Part shown: positions 47,887-58,122 of the stretch, piece after piece | Position numbering within the stretch: position 1 is the stretch's first letter | Layout of the letters: each line of letters starts with the position of its first letter | DNA from: a virus | Length of the DNA stretch: 64,000 bases | Direction: 5' to 3' (one strand) | IMG/VR virus record: IMGVR_UViG_3300030343_000012 | Made by a program: the position numbers and the translations under genes | The notes under the pieces: generated by a model | Seen by the model: the letters and a program-made list of their open reading frames with translations, nothing else | The model's database searches: none | What the model was told of the DNA's origin: nothing

Positions 47887-48689
47887 TATATATCTTCCTT
47901 TTTAGTGTTAAACACATGTTCAGTATGGGTAGAAGTAAATCCTGGATTATATTGTAATTTCTGAATACCAAGTATCTTATTATACATTACATTAGGAAAA
48001 GAATCCAACATCGAGTTCTGTTGCCTTACTGTTTCCATGCATGCTTCTTCTAACTTGTAATACTCTTCTCGTTGTCCATTTACAAATCCAGATAAGTCAC
48101 CATAAAATTTAGTAAATTCAGAATAAGGAATATTTTGATTCTCTTGGAGCCATTTCCAAGTAACTTGCGCTCCATCATGTCTCCCCTCCATAATCATATT
48201 AGTGACTTCCAAGAAAGTATTCTTATTTAATTCACAAATTTCATACTTCTGAAGATACACTTTCCATAATTTATCGAAGAACATTTTACGGGCATACTGT
48301 TGCTTGTCTAACTGATTAGTATATTCAATATTCTTATTATACAATTTTATTATAGCGCCAATAGGACTTATAAACCAACACAATATAATAATTCCGGGAA
48401 TTATAATCCACTTTTTCTTAATATTTATATTTGAATAGTCTTCTGTTTTATCATTAAATGCACATATAGCAGTAATGGCAGTGACAAAAGTCGCAATAAA
48501 TAAAACCCATTGAATGACACAATGACAAAAACCCATCCTTATAGCATTAGGGGAACCCTCTAAAGTTAGAAATCCCTTGTCACTAATCATATCATCAAAT
48601 ATCTGAGTATTCCATAAAAGTAAGAACAGAATGGCACATATAATAGATGCACCTAAAAATAATAAACCATGCTTAATATTATTTTTCAT
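47886..48689 (-). CDS. hypothetical integral membrane protein (about 4 TM)
   Basis: Several hydrophobic helices in the N-terminal half. Confidence 0.5.
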   Translation of the reverse strand: MKNNIKHGLLFLGASIICAILFLLLWNTQIFDDMISDKGFLTLEGSPNAIRMGFCHCVIQWVLFIATFVTAITAICAFNDKTEDYSNINIKKKWIIIPGIIILCWFISPIGAIIKLYNKNIEYTNQLDKQQYARKMFFDKLWKVYLQKYEICELNKNTFLEVTNMIMEGRHDGAQVTWKWLQENQNIPYSEFTKFYGDLSGFVNGQREEYYKLEEACMETVRQQNSMLDSFPNVMYNKILGIQKLQYNPGFTSTHTEHVFNTKKEDI

Positions 48690-48693
48690 ATTA

Positions 48694-48870
48694 TTTAATT
48701 AAAAATTTATTAAATTTATCATGAAGAGGCTGAAATTCTTTTCTAAGTTCTACTAGTTCTCCCATTTCTTCTATAGAACTAACATCACTTAGTTTAATGT
48801 TATTAATTATATTCAAAGCATCTCTAAGACGACATTGAATACCTTTTATTGGAGTGTCATTTACCATAAT
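48694..48870 (-). CDS. small hypothetical protein (~58 aa, MVNDTPIKGIQCRLRD...)
   Basis: Fills the 48690-49020 gap; below the ORF-track cutoff. Confidence 0.3.
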
Positions 48871-49027
48871 TAAGATTCTATAAAGACTATTATAATTAAA
48901 AAGATAAGTGCAATAAGTGCTGTCGTTTTACAAAACTCAATGAGTTCCATATTCTGTACAGCAAGCACACTTTCTATTATACCAAATAGCAATAAACTAC
49001 CGCTAATTATTATAAGTTTTTTAATCA
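48869..49027 (-). CDS. small membrane peptide (~52 aa, MIKKLIIISGSLLLFGII...)
   Basis: Hydrophobic small ORF in the same gap. Confidence 0.3.
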
Positions 49028-49332
49028 TCACCTAATAAACCTAATTCCTCCAATGTAGAAGTGTCATCAATATCTACATGTAATGGATAATCCTTATCCT
49101 TAATATCTCTATTAAACTCCATACGAGTTGCCCCATAATAAGCATCTAAATAAGCTTTTCGTAAAAGTCCTAAAAATAGACTAGTGGATAAAGTAATAGT
49201 ACCATTAACTTCTTCTAATCCCTCTAAATATTTACGACACCATTCATATGATGCGACTTTAGATAAGGGCTGTGAAGTACACATAGCAAAACCATCAAAA
49301 TCAGGACATTTTGGACAATATAATTTAGCCAT
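49021..49332 (-). CDS. hypothetical protein
   Basis: ORF in the array. Confidence 0.5.
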   Translation of the reverse strand: MAKLYCPKCPDFDGFAMCTSQPLSKVASYEWCRKYLEGLEEVNGTITLSTSLFLGLLRKAYLDAYYGATRMEFNRDIKDKDYPLHVDIDDTSTLEELGLLGDD

Positions 49333-49339
49333 AATTAAT

Positions 49340-49723
49340 CTACTTAAGAATTTTAATTTTTACATGTCTTATACTAATTCTCTTAGAGTTTTTGGGGTGT
49401 ATTAATATATCAATACGATGTTTATGTCTTTTGTTCATAACATCCCTAACTTCATATATTCCAAATCCTTCTATAAACACTTTTTTAGGTTTATTCTTTG
49501 GAAATAAATAAAGTAAATCACGAGATATAGCACACCATTTAATACTGCCCCTTTTTAAATGACGCAAGTTAATTTTAGAACCATCAGCTGTAACTAATGG
49601 TTTACTGTCACACTGACTCTTTACTGGTTGATAACAAGTAAGAGTTACATGAGTAGTTGTTTGGCAGAAAGCCTTACTCATGAAGCTTAATAATAATAAA
49701 AATATTAATATCTGTTTCCTCAT
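49340..49723 (-). CDS. secreted 3D-domain protein (MltA/YabE-like peptidoglycan-binding or lytic domain)
   Basis: Signal peptide MRKQILIFLLLLSFMSKAFCQ, then TADGSKI...AISRDLL...IEGFGIYEVRDVMNKRHKHRIDIL with the three conserved Asp of a 3D domain. Confidence 0.5.
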   Translation of the reverse strand: MRKQILIFLLLLSFMSKAFCQTTTHVTLTCYQPVKSQCDSKPLVTADGSKINLRHLKRGSIKWCAISRDLLYLFPKNKPKKVFIEGFGIYEVRDVMNKRHKHRIDILIHPKNSKRISIRHVKIKILK

Positions 49724-50872
49724 TTAATATATCTGATTAAGCTTACCTGAAGCACTTGAAGTGTATCCAGATTTAATTATATAAATATTAAAATTACATA
49801 AACTGGTTACAACGTAACGCTTTTGAGGGTCTATGTAGAATATAGTACGATCGTCAAACTCTTCTCCTATTTTGAGATACTTTATCTCCTTATTAGATAT
49901 AATAGTATCTGTGCGCATATAAGTGCCCTCCAGGACTTTCTTAGCTTCCAATTCTCTCTCAGAATATTCTTTAATAGGCTTTCCTGCAGCTTGGCACACT
50001 ATTTCTCGACTTTCGACTATCTTATCAAAGAGTTGTCCATCAATATGAGGACTATTCCTTAATAATCCATCTCTTAATTCTAGAGATTCTACAAAATAGG
50101 TAAAATTAGAGAACTCAAGATTAAAGTCTCTACGGATTGCCTCAATTTTGTCTTTACCATGAATATTAACTTCCTGAGCAAGAGCTTTTACTAGATCAAC
50201 AGTAATTATCTGCATCTGTCTAATTAAGTCTAGTACTGGCTCTATTGCATCTTTGTCAATTAAAATATCATTAAGTAATTCAAGTGTAGTTTCTTCAGGT
50301 AGATTACCAAAAGAACGTACATATCTAATACGTGATGGGCGACCTAACAAATTATTATTAATTTCCAACTCATTAGTGGTAAGTAGAAATATTTTACGAT
50401 ATTGTGAATTGTGAACACCGTCCATAAAAGAGAGAACTGATGAAGATTCCCTAAATTCTTTTTCGTATTCATCAAAGAAGAAGATACAGTCAAAGTTAAT
50501 TTGAGTAGCTAAGAATTTAAGCATATCATTTACTTCTTTACAGGATTTAACAATAATAACTGGAAGTCCGATACGATTACAAAGCTCTTCTGCAGTAACT
50601 GTTTTACCTGTTCCCTTGATACCATTAAATAATACTCCTAAATTACCTGTAGTATTATTGTAAGTTTTTACAAAATGATCAATAAACTCACTATTAATAC
50701 CATACAATTTGTAATTAAATACAAAAGAATCTCCAAGTCTATTTAAATAATAACCTGTCATTGATTCTTTAACTTCATAAATTCCTTTAGGCAATCCTTC
50801 AGGATGTGCTTTTGTTGTGGCACTACCCTTCACAAAAGTATTACCATCTTGAATCCAAATGTTTTGTTCCAT
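49724..50872 (-). CDS. AAA+ ATPase
   Basis: Walker A GIKGTGKT and Walker B CIFFFDEYE. Confidence 0.6.
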   Translation of the reverse strand: MEQNIWIQDGNTFVKGSATTKAHPEGLPKGIYEVKESMTGYYLNRLGDSFVFNYKLYGINSEFIDHFVKTYNNTTGNLGVLFNGIKGTGKTVTAEELCNRIGLPVIIVKSCKEVNDMLKFLATQINFDCIFFFDEYEKEFRESSSVLSFMDGVHNSQYRKIFLLTTNELEINNNLLGRPSRIRYVRSFGNLPEETTLELLNDILIDKDAIEPVLDLIRQMQIITVDLVKALAQEVNIHGKDKIEAIRRDFNLEFSNFTYFVESLELRDGLLRNSPHIDGQLFDKIVESREIVCQAAGKPIKEYSERELEAKKVLEGTYMRTDTIISNKEIKYLKIGEEFDDRTIFYIDPQKRYVVTSLCNFNIYIIKSGYTSSASGKLNQIY

Positions 50873-50890
50873 AATTAAATTATTTTATCT

Positions 50891-51283
50891 TTATAATCTC
50901 ATATCAGAGTTTAACTCTAAACCAAATAGAAAATGTTGAAGTTGATGGACATATCTAATCTTTTTGAAGCGATGCTTAGTCTTACCACGACAAAGTTCCC
51001 ATACAGAAGGATAATCTTTATTTGGTTTAATGAAGTAATATACACCATCAAATCTTGCTCTCCACCATGTATATCTCTTAGACTTTAACCTTTTCCATTT
51101 GTTTTTGTCTAATATTTCTGGGGTAAGGGGGATTGGAACTATATCAGTACACTCAATATCTACATCATTATAATTTGCATCTAGAGCTTCATAGTAATAT
51201 TTACCACTGCTCATAATTGTATAATTATTGCAAAACTTTGGTATATAAACTAAATCTCCAGGAATATATTGAATTCGTTCCAT
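50891..51283 (-). CDS. hypothetical protein, paralogue of 60299..60670
   Basis: N-terminal MERIQYIPGDLVYIP and C-terminal YVHQLQHFLFGLELNSDMRL match MEQEYIKGDIVMYDN and YIHELQHLLFGLNLNHEIEV in the other copy. Confidence 0.55.
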   Translation of the reverse strand: MERIQYIPGDLVYIPKFCNNYTIMSSGKYYYEALDANYNDVDIECTDIVPIPLTPEILDKNKWKRLKSKRYTWWRARFDGVYYFIKPNKDYPSVWELCRGKTKHRFKKIRYVHQLQHFLFGLELNSDMRL

Positions 51284-51285
51284 AA

Positions 51286-51873
51286 TTAAACTAGATTATT
51301 CAACTTCTTATATTCTTCAAATACTTTATCTTCCGCTTCATCTCCCCACATAGTATATATTAGTACTCCATAAGGACAGTATTGAAATATTATAGGGTCT
51401 ATTGGTTTAGAAGATATAATAGTTTTTATTTGAAGTTCAGACTCAGGACAAGCTATAAAGAAACAATTTTTATCTACACAAGTTCTCTTAAATATAACAC
51501 AATCTGCCCATTTTTGATCTTTGAAAAAATCTTTTATTTCCCATCCCATTTTTACATGAAAGATACTAAAGGTAGCATCCAAAGACTTCTGAATTAATTT
51601 ATTACTATAATCACTATAATTTTGTACACCAGTAACCCTCCAAATATCCTCATTTATGCGAAGTTCATAGTACTTATTACTTAATTTATACTTAATACGT
51701 GCTAATTCTTCTAGATTAGCTGCAGGCACAACTCCAGTATAATTTTGTAGACGACCTATAGATAAATTATATTTATGACATAATTCATAGAAAGCTGAGG
51801 TACTAACTAATATTACTGAATCTCCTAAAAGTTCATTTATCACTTTTATATATTCCAGTAATTTTTTTTGCAT
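51286..51873 (-). CDS. hypothetical protein
   Basis: ORF in the array. Confidence 0.5.
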   Translation of the reverse strand: MQKKLLEYIKVINELLGDSVILVSTSAFYELCHKYNLSIGRLQNYTGVVPAANLEELARIKYKLSNKYYELRINEDIWRVTGVQNYSDYSNKLIQKSLDATFSIFHVKMGWEIKDFFKDQKWADCVIFKRTCVDKNCFFIACPESELQIKTIISSKPIDPIIFQYCPYGVLIYTMWGDEAEDKVFEEYKKLNNLV

Positions 51874-52165
51874 TTACAATAGCTTTATTATGATAATTAA
51901 TATTATCTAATTGTCTTTTAATAATTTTAGCATTAGCACTATTTTTCAATCCCAAATCAACCAGCTTATTATACTCACTGCTTAAATTATCTTCATCTAA
52001 TGGAACTAATGAAGTATTCTTAGCAGCTCCAATTACTTCTATAGCTAAATTAGCTAAAGATTCTTTAATAGTTGGTTCTACTACAGGTTTTGTAGGAACT
52101 TTTACAACTACGGGATTTTCCTCCTCTTTTGAATTTAGCTCAAATAAATTACTTAATATACCCAT
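51833..52165 (-). CDS. hypothetical protein
   Basis: ORF in the array. Confidence 0.45.
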   Translation of the reverse strand: MGILSNLFELNSKEEENPVVVKVPTKPVVEPTIKESLANLAIEVIGAAKNTSLVPLDEDNLSSEYNKLVDLGLKNSANAKIIKRQLDNINYHNKAIVNAKKITGIYKSDK

Positions 52166-52174
52166 TATTTAAAA

Positions 52175-52408
52175 TTATTTAATTGTTTCACCTACTCTGT
52201 AATCATCCCCATCGCACACACGAATAGTTTTAATCTCATATCGATTAGTTTTCTTATTATACATTCGTATTTTGAAAGCATAATACTCTAAGCATATTGT
52301 TTTTGATATTATTACCCCTCCCTTATAATTCAATATAGAATCCTTACATTGAATTGAAGGACCACACGATACCAATAAAGATAAAATTACTAATACTATT
52401 ACTTTCAT
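52175..52408 (-). CDS. small lipoprotein
   Basis: Lipobox LLVSCG after an N-terminal hydrophobic signal. Confidence 0.5.
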   Translation of the reverse strand: MKVIVLVILSLLVSCGPSIQCKDSILNYKGGVIISKTICLEYYAFKIRMYNKKTNRYEIKTIRVCDGDDYRVGETIK

Positions 52409-52492
52409 AATAATTTAAATACAAAAATCCCTGAACTATATAGGTAGCCCAGGGATTAAAATAACGTTAAATAATAAAAACAGTTCTATGAA

Positions 52493-52620
52493 CCGGTGGA
52501 GCATTGGAGAGTCGAACTCCAGTCACTCCGATTTGCATCAAAACATTCTTACAGCATAGGTTTTAAAGACTATCCTTGTCTGCTAGGGTTGACAAGATTA
52601 ACATATTGTCAACTTCCACC
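52493..52620 (-). ncRNA. tRNA-like structured element: T-arm TGGAG-TTCGACT-CTCCA plus an acceptor-like helix, 128 nt end to end, not a canonical cloverleaf
   Basis: Minus-strand sequence GGTGGAAGTTGACAA...GGAGTGACTGGAGTTCGACTCTCCAATGCTCCACC. GGTGGA pairs with TCCACC at the ends. An internal 7-bp hairpin TTGACAA/TTGTCAA is present. A local minihelix GGAGTGA/ATGCTCC plus T-arm is also possible. It sits in a ~740-bp region with no convincing CDS. Confidence 0.3.
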
Positions 52621-52992
52621 ACTCTGTTCCTAAAGTATACAGAGAACTTACAAAAGAAATGGAAAATAGTGCACCTTTCTGTTCCTAAGCAAGTGCTGCT
52701 CGGCTTCTCAGGCTGCGATAGCGTAAGAAGCGGAAGTGTTATTTACTTCGCCAATTAATTTTTTACTTGTCTATCCAAGTTGTCTTGCTGTGTTCCTTAT
52801 CTCCTCGAAGTTCAAAACCACGAATGCCCCATTTAAAAGAGTCCTAATAGAACTCTTTAATATCTTCTGATTCTTCTACTATATGGAGAACCCATATCAT
52901 ACCAATCATCTGGATCTATTCTATCTTCGTCACCCATAATCTAAAAATTAATTAATGTTAAAAACTATATGTTAATCTGTTTCTTTTCGGAA

Positions 52993-53135
52993 TCATCTTC
53001 TAAATAATATAATTCTGTTTATTATACGGAAAGCCCTTTTAACTGCAGGTATTTTGGAATCATCTGGATGTAAATGATAATTCCTAATAACTACATTAGC
53101 CTCATGTAGTTTCTTGATTTCTCTTAAACTATACA
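52993..53135 (-). CDS. small hypothetical protein (~47 aa, MYSLREIKKLHEANVV...)
   Basis: Small minus-strand ORF at the edge of the non-coding region; below the cutoff. Confidence 0.25.
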
Positions 53136-53149
53136 TAAATATGACTTTA

Positions 53150-53755
53150 TTATTCTTTATTAATCATACATTGTCTTAATATAGTTTCATTAATTATATT
53201 ATCATTTTCTCTTGCGAGTTTATCTAACAACTCTAGATTAAATTCTTCCTTTTGAAACTTAAATTGAATCCAATTAGGTTCAAATTCTCTGTAATCTAGA
53301 TGAGACAAAGGTTTATCTGTATTTAATACATATTTAACTAATCTAGTTAAACGTTCTCCAGCTAGTTTAGATACTACAAAACCAGATAAATCATAACCTA
53401 TACCTCTACTTCTCCAATATTCACCTATTTCAGGCTTAGAGTCTGGAGCAACATAGAACATTTTATAATAGTCTGAAGAACCTAAAGTTACATAAGTACC
53501 TAACTGACCACTACATATAGATAATCCTACATAGGAATATAAAGTATCATTATGATCTAGTGTAAGAAATACTGGGACTTTATCAGGATCCAAATTATTA
53601 ATCTCACAATGATGCAGTGCAGTATGCACATACTCAAGTAATTTAGATACTGATATAGTACTTAGTTTGGTATCTTCTTCACCTTTGTTCTCTTTAATGG
53701 CAGCATCAGAACATCTAGTGTGCCAATTTTTCCATTTATCTCCTTCTAAATACAT
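53150..53755 (-). CDS. hypothetical protein
   Basis: ORF in the array. Confidence 0.5.
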   Translation of the reverse strand: MYLEGDKWKNWHTRCSDAAIKENKGEEDTKLSTISVSKLLEYVHTALHHCEINNLDPDKVPVFLTLDHNDTLYSYVGLSICSGQLGTYVTLGSSDYYKMFYVAPDSKPEIGEYWRSRGIGYDLSGFVVSKLAGERLTRLVKYVLNTDKPLSHLDYREFEPNWIQFKFQKEEFNLELLDKLARENDNIINETILRQCMINKE

Positions 53756-53864
53756 AGTAATTAACTTATATAATACAATAAAAAAGTCATAGAAACAATT
53801 AATATTCCTATTATAATAAAGAATAGAATTACAAATTGAATATCTGCATCCATATTATAGATAC

Positions 53865-54077
53865 TTAATCATCATAAGACAAACTATCCAAATACTGAGG
53901 AATAGTTACTTCCGTATTATTCTTCTCTTTTTCAAGTTGCTGAATAGCATTCGCCTGTCTAGTGACAGTTGCTTGTAACTCTTCAATTTCTATCTTTTGA
54001 GATGTGTTACTAACAGTTAAGCCTAGTACAGATATTACTAGACAAAACATTATTATTTTCCAAATTATATTATTCAT
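53865..54077 (-). CDS. small membrane protein (N-terminal TM plus coiled coil; spanin/holin-like topology)
   Basis: IIWKIIMFCLVISVLGLTV is a TM segment, followed by a coiled-coil region. Confidence 0.45.
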   Translation of the reverse strand: MNNIIWKIIMFCLVISVLGLTVSNTSQKIEIEELQATVTRQANAIQQLEKEKNNTEVTIPQYLDSLSYDD

Positions 54078-54081
54078 ATCT

Positions 54082-54321
54082 TTACCATATTATATAAAGT
54101 CCAGGGTCTCCATTAGCTAAATAAGATGTTTTAAATCCTAAACTATAAAAATAATCAAAATAAGCTTTTTCAGGCTTCATTTCTTTATGTATAAGGGTAA
54201 TATTTGCACAGCGGTTACCCTTACTAGCTTCTGCAATTATAGCAGAGTTTACTCGGTCTAATATATGCTGGTCTAATACGACAGACCTAGATATAGCTTT
54301 TGCATCTTTTGCTTTAATCAT
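54082..54321 (-). CDS. hypothetical protein
   Basis: ORF in the array. Confidence 0.45.
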   Translation of the reverse strand: MIKAKDAKAISRSVVLDQHILDRVNSAIIAEASKGNRCANITLIHKEMKPEKAYFDYFYSLGFKTSYLANGDPGLYIIW

Positions 54322-54489
54322 TTATTATTTCTTTAAATTTATATAAATGTTTTAAATACTCTAAATCTGCGATTAATGAATTTCTTAATCCAGGAGAAGC
54401 CCACTCACAATATTTATCAACTATGTCAGCTGTAGATAAATGACCTTCTACTAAGTCATATATCATAAGTTTCGTACATTCTTCTACTG

Positions 54490-54894
54490 TCATAACTCTT
54501 TAACTTTTAAACTGGCGTCTTTAAACCATATATTAAGTCTATCTATGGCACTTTCCCACTCAGATTGAGAACAGATTTTATAATATTTTAAAAAGTCGAT
54601 AGTATCTGCATTGAACTGGTATATACCCATACATTTACCACCAGGAGTGATTTTAGTCACAGTATATCCAGTACCATCATTGATAACTACTTTTAAATAA
54701 GATGCGTTGTCTTTATAGTAAGGATGTTCTCTAAGAGCATGATTATTAACTTGTATCTTTTTAGCTCTTATATTACTTACTATTTCTCCTATAGTATTCT
54801 CTATATTATCTCTCTGACTTAGAAACTTTATTTTTAGTTTCTCCAAGTCCTCAATGGACATTTCTGAATAATTGCTTATATTTTCTGTTTCCAT
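54490..54894 (-). CDS. hypothetical protein
   Basis: ORF in the array. Confidence 0.5.
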   Translation of the reverse strand: METENISNYSEMSIEDLEKLKIKFLSQRDNIENTIGEIVSNIRAKKIQVNNHALREHPYYKDNASYLKVVINDGTGYTVTKITPGGKCMGIYQFNADTIDFLKYYKICSQSEWESAIDRLNIWFKDASLKVKEL

Positions 54895-54896
54895 AA

Positions 54897-55193
54897 CTAT
54901 AATTTTTTTAATATCTTTACATTTTTAATTAATGGCTCACCATCAGTACCAGTTTCATCTAACAAATCCCCTATTACTAGATATTTATTACCAGTAAAAT
55001 GTCTTATATAATATATAAAATCATTAAATGCCATCTCATTTGTCGGAAATGGGAGAACGGGAGAGTATGTTCCATTTATGTTTTTATGAGCTTCATAAAC
55101 CGAAACCCCAGGTTCTTCTCCAATTTTTTCGTCACCTCTCCAAATACATGATTTTTCATTTTTAGGAATTTCATTAAATCTATAAAATATCAT
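54897..55193 (-). CDS. hypothetical protein
   Basis: ORF in the array. Confidence 0.5.
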   Translation of the reverse strand: MIFYRFNEIPKNEKSCIWRGDEKIGEEPGVSVYEAHKNINGTYSPVLPFPTNEMAFNDFIYYIRHFTGNKYLVIGDLLDETGTDGEPLIKNVKILKKL

Positions 55194-55313
55194 TTTTTAT
55201 AATATACATAATTATAGAAAAGATACTTACTGTAGCAGCTACTACACTAATAACTGCTATCAGAATCATTATAATTAATAAAGGAATACCCATAGCTATT
55301 TTGTTTAATCTTA

Positions 55314-55493
55314 TTTAAGTTCTACTGGCTCATCATTCCAAGATAATTCTCTTCCGATGAGTTTTTTGATACTGCCATTTGGAATACGAACTATTCCAAG
55401 ATAACTCCACCAACAACCTATCTCAGTTCTGAAAGGTTCTTCTTCATAGATGTATTCGATACTATCTTTATCTACTGCTACCCATGCCATAAC
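55314..55493 (-). CDS. small hypothetical protein (~59 aa, MAWVAVDKDSIEYIY...)
   Basis: Fills the 55194-55502 gap; just below the cutoff. Confidence 0.3.
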
Positions 55494-55502
55494 TATTTTT
55501 TA

Positions 55503-55961
55503 TTACAATTTACCAGTATCTATCCACTCTTTACTAAATATGATATTATCAGGAATTGGACCAGCTTCTAGAAACATATCTATCATCTCTAGTCCAGTAT
55601 ATCCATTAAGAGAAGTAGAATAAGTATTTCTATAAGCTATTTTAAACTGTTTATCAGAATATTGTTTAGCAGTTTCATAAAGCTTTTTAATAGACTTTAT
55701 AATGTCTTCTTTTGAGATACTTCTTAGACCCCAATTTTCTTTCACTCGAAGATCTTTAGTAGGTAAAGCATAAGCATTACCTTGTAGACCTTCACCCTGA
55801 CCATAAATAGCACCAAATTGATTTCTTGCTACTTTAGCTGCTCCTGCACCATGTCTTCCTTCAGGGTTACTACCAAATACAAATATAGTATTTGTCTCAG
55901 GAGTAATATTACCAATATAAAATTTTCTCATAACTATTTCTTCATTTTTGAATAAGGACAA
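55503..55961 (-). CDS. hypothetical protein, possible SLOG/DprA-LOG-like Rossmann-fold nucleotide-binding domain
   Basis: A Gly-rich loop IFVFGSNPEGRHGAGAAKVA follows a hydrophobic strand. The assignment is from memory of the family and is weak. Confidence 0.3.
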   Translation of the reverse strand: MSLFKNEEIVMRKFYIGNITPETNTIFVFGSNPEGRHGAGAAKVARNQFGAIYGQGEGLQGNAYALPTKDLRVKENWGLRSISKEDIIKSIKKLYETAKQYSDKQFKIAYRNTYSTSLNGYTGLEMIDMFLEAGPIPDNIIFSKEWIDTGKL

Positions 55962-56031
55962 ACTACTACTTTTCGATAGTGTTCACACTTATCCTTGTAA
56001 TTACAAATATCACAAAAACAATATGCCATAA

Positions 56032-56274
56032 CTATTCCTCCAACTTTGGACTCCAATATTTTGTCCCACAGTAATCTTCCCCACATAGCTCTCTATTGTT
56101 CTGATACTGACAATTAGAACAACTTCTCTCGCTTGGATTCCACAGCATGAAATAAATCGCATTACGAAAACCTTGGTCATATATCTCTTGTTCATATGCG
56201 CTAAAATCTTCTATATAAGCTCCTTCTTCTTTTGCTTGTTGAATTATTTCATCTATTTTTTCATTAATTTCCAT
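56032..56274 (-). CDS. hypothetical Cys-rich protein
   Basis: CSNCQYQNNRELCGEDYCG. Preferred over the overlapping frame at 56010..56195. Confidence 0.45.
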   Translation of the reverse strand: MEINEKIDEIIQQAKEEGAYIEDFSAYEQEIYDQGFRNAIYFMLWNPSERSCSNCQYQNNRELCGEDYCGTKYWSPKLEE

Positions 56275-56276
56275 AA

Positions 56277-56687
56277 CTATTTCTCCACTTTTACACCGAA
56301 TGGACTGTCATCAATAAAGGTGAAATCTTCGAATATATCCTTTAGAAAGAGTATTTCTGAGTTACACATACAGACAGAATTGTCTGAATTTATACTTCCA
56401 ATAAAAGTTTTATTGCCGTCTCTATCTTTTACCCACCCAAATGGTTGATGCTTTTGCATTTCATTCCAGCATTCTTTTAGGTTTTCAAATGGATAATACT
56501 TTGGTTCTGGCTTGATGCGATATCTTTGTGGGGTAGCTATGAGAGTATCAAGAAACAAACCTTCTTCATTGCCATCTATATCTACCCAGCTATCACCATT
56601 TACTCCAAATTGAATAGTTTTACCTTCTGCAAATGCTTTAAGAATAGGCATCAATTTATTAATATCTTTTTTATAAATTTTTTCCAT
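56277..56687 (-). CDS. hypothetical protein
   Basis: ORF in the array. Confidence 0.5.
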   Translation of the reverse strand: MEKIYKKDINKLMPILKAFAEGKTIQFGVNGDSWVDIDGNEEGLFLDTLIATPQRYRIKPEPKYYPFENLKECWNEMQKHQPFGWVKDRDGNKTFIGSINSDNSVCMCNSEILFLKDIFEDFTFIDDSPFGVKVEK

Positions 56688-56874
56688 ATTCTAACCTATA
56701 TAATTTTTTATTCTTCCGCACTTTCGGCATTCTTCAAAGTTGATTCTGCCGTATTCTTTATAGACATACTTATGACGACAAGTAACATTTTGCTGCCACC
56801 ATGTCTTTAAGAATAAAATTATATCTCCTATCATAATTAATTCTTCATCTCTTTTATTAATAAATTACTTTTTC

Positions 56875-57210
56875 CTAACTATTTAAATTGGTTTTATAAA
56901 AGTCTGGAACTCTATTGACTTCCCACCAAAAACTTCCTTCGTCTCCCCAAGATACTATCCATACTGGTTCTTTAGTATCTTTATCTCGACAATATACTAT
57001 ACCTTGAACCTCTTCTTGCATATCGAAAGGGCTGACTTCAAAGTCTAAATCCTCTAAAGTGGTATAGACTTTACAAGAAAACACATCTCTTTCTTCACCA
57101 TAGAATCTAGCAGCGGATTCTTCATCATTGCACAAGTCTATTTTAAGTATTTCTAGATTATTCTCTTCAACAACCTCTAGAATTGATTCTTTAACATTCA
57201 TTTTACCCAT
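56875..57210 (-). CDS. hypothetical protein
   Basis: ORF in the array. Confidence 0.5.
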   Translation of the reverse strand: MGKMNVKESILEVVEENNLEILKIDLCNDEESAARFYGEERDVFSCKVYTTLEDLDFEVSPFDMQEEVQGIVYCRDKDTKEPVWIVSWGDEGSFWWEVNRVPDFYKTNLNS

Positions 57211-57422
57211 TATTTATCCTTCTTGTTACAGTCCAAATATATCCTCATTATCAATGTCACATTCAATAAATGCATTATGTTTACTATCTACATTAATTGC
57301 AATTAAATGCAAACAACCCAAACAATCATGGCAATCTTTTCTTGGTCTATCATTGTCTGGCACAAGTTCAAAAACATCTATATTCATATCTTTTTGAGTT
57401 TATTTAATAATTAATTTGTTAA

Positions 57423-57710
57423 TTAAGTATTCATAAAATCTTCTATTGGGTCTGATAAATATATCCATTCATCAGTTCCCTTTCTTCTGGCTTGAAACTC
57501 CATAGGTGGAACATTTTCCCAATCATCAAAATTATACTTTTGGTGAGCATCAATCAGACATTCATATAAATCTTCACTGAAAGGTTTATCAAATATTGAA
57601 CTTGGCTTATATTCTTTCGATGTAAATAATACATCTACCACATTATCTTTCTCATCCAATATAACTAATCTAAATTGGATTAAATCAATGCACTTATTAT
57701 ACCATGTCAT
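57423..57710 (-). CDS. hypothetical protein
   Basis: ORF in the array. Confidence 0.5.
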   Translation of the reverse strand: MTWYNKCIDLIQFRLVILDEKDNVVDVLFTSKEYKPSSIFDKPFSEDLYECLIDAHQKYNFDDWENVPPMEFQARRKGTDEWIYLSDPIEDFMNT

Positions 57711-57755
57711 ATTTCCTCTTTCTACCCTCTCCCTTTCTCAGGAGAGGGTAATTTG

Positions 57756-58088
57756 CTAATCTGTTACAACTTCCCAATCTTCTGCAAACACATCGCTAGA
57801 AGAAGGAACCCATGAATCTGCTCTACCATCGAGATTGATAATTAACATTTGATTGGTATAGTCAATGTGAGGATTGTCACGAGACATCAAGATGTCCTTA
57901 GCAGATTGAGGAAGCGATTGCATCTTAGGAATGATATCACCTTCAATGTGTGAAGGAACCTGCTTAACGATAAACAATCCTTTACCATTCCAACCGCTAC
58001 GACGGCAAGCTTTACCCTCTTTCAAAAACTGAATGGCATTTCCAAAATCAAAATGCCTATTTGCTAAATACTCATTATTTTCTGTCAT
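57756..58088 (-). CDS. hypothetical protein
   Basis: ORF in the array. Confidence 0.5.
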   Translation of the reverse strand: MTENNEYLANRHFDFGNAIQFLKEGKACRRSGWNGKGLFIVKQVPSHIEGDIIPKMQSLPQSAKDILMSRDNPHIDYTNQMLIINLDGRADSWVPSSSDVFAEDWEVVTD

Positions 58089-58122
58089 ATTACAAATTAT
58101 TTTATATTCTCATAGGAGATGG

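Noticed and set aside
52576-52758. Plus-strand 60-aa ORF in the non-coding island
   Set aside because: It has no start context and overlaps the tRNA-like element. It is the only plus-strand candidate in 64 kb and is most likely spurious, though it cannot be fully excluded.
56010-56195. Alternative-frame ORF overlapping 56032..56274
   Set aside because: It lies almost completely inside the longer Cys-rich ORF in another frame. The longer ORF was preferred.
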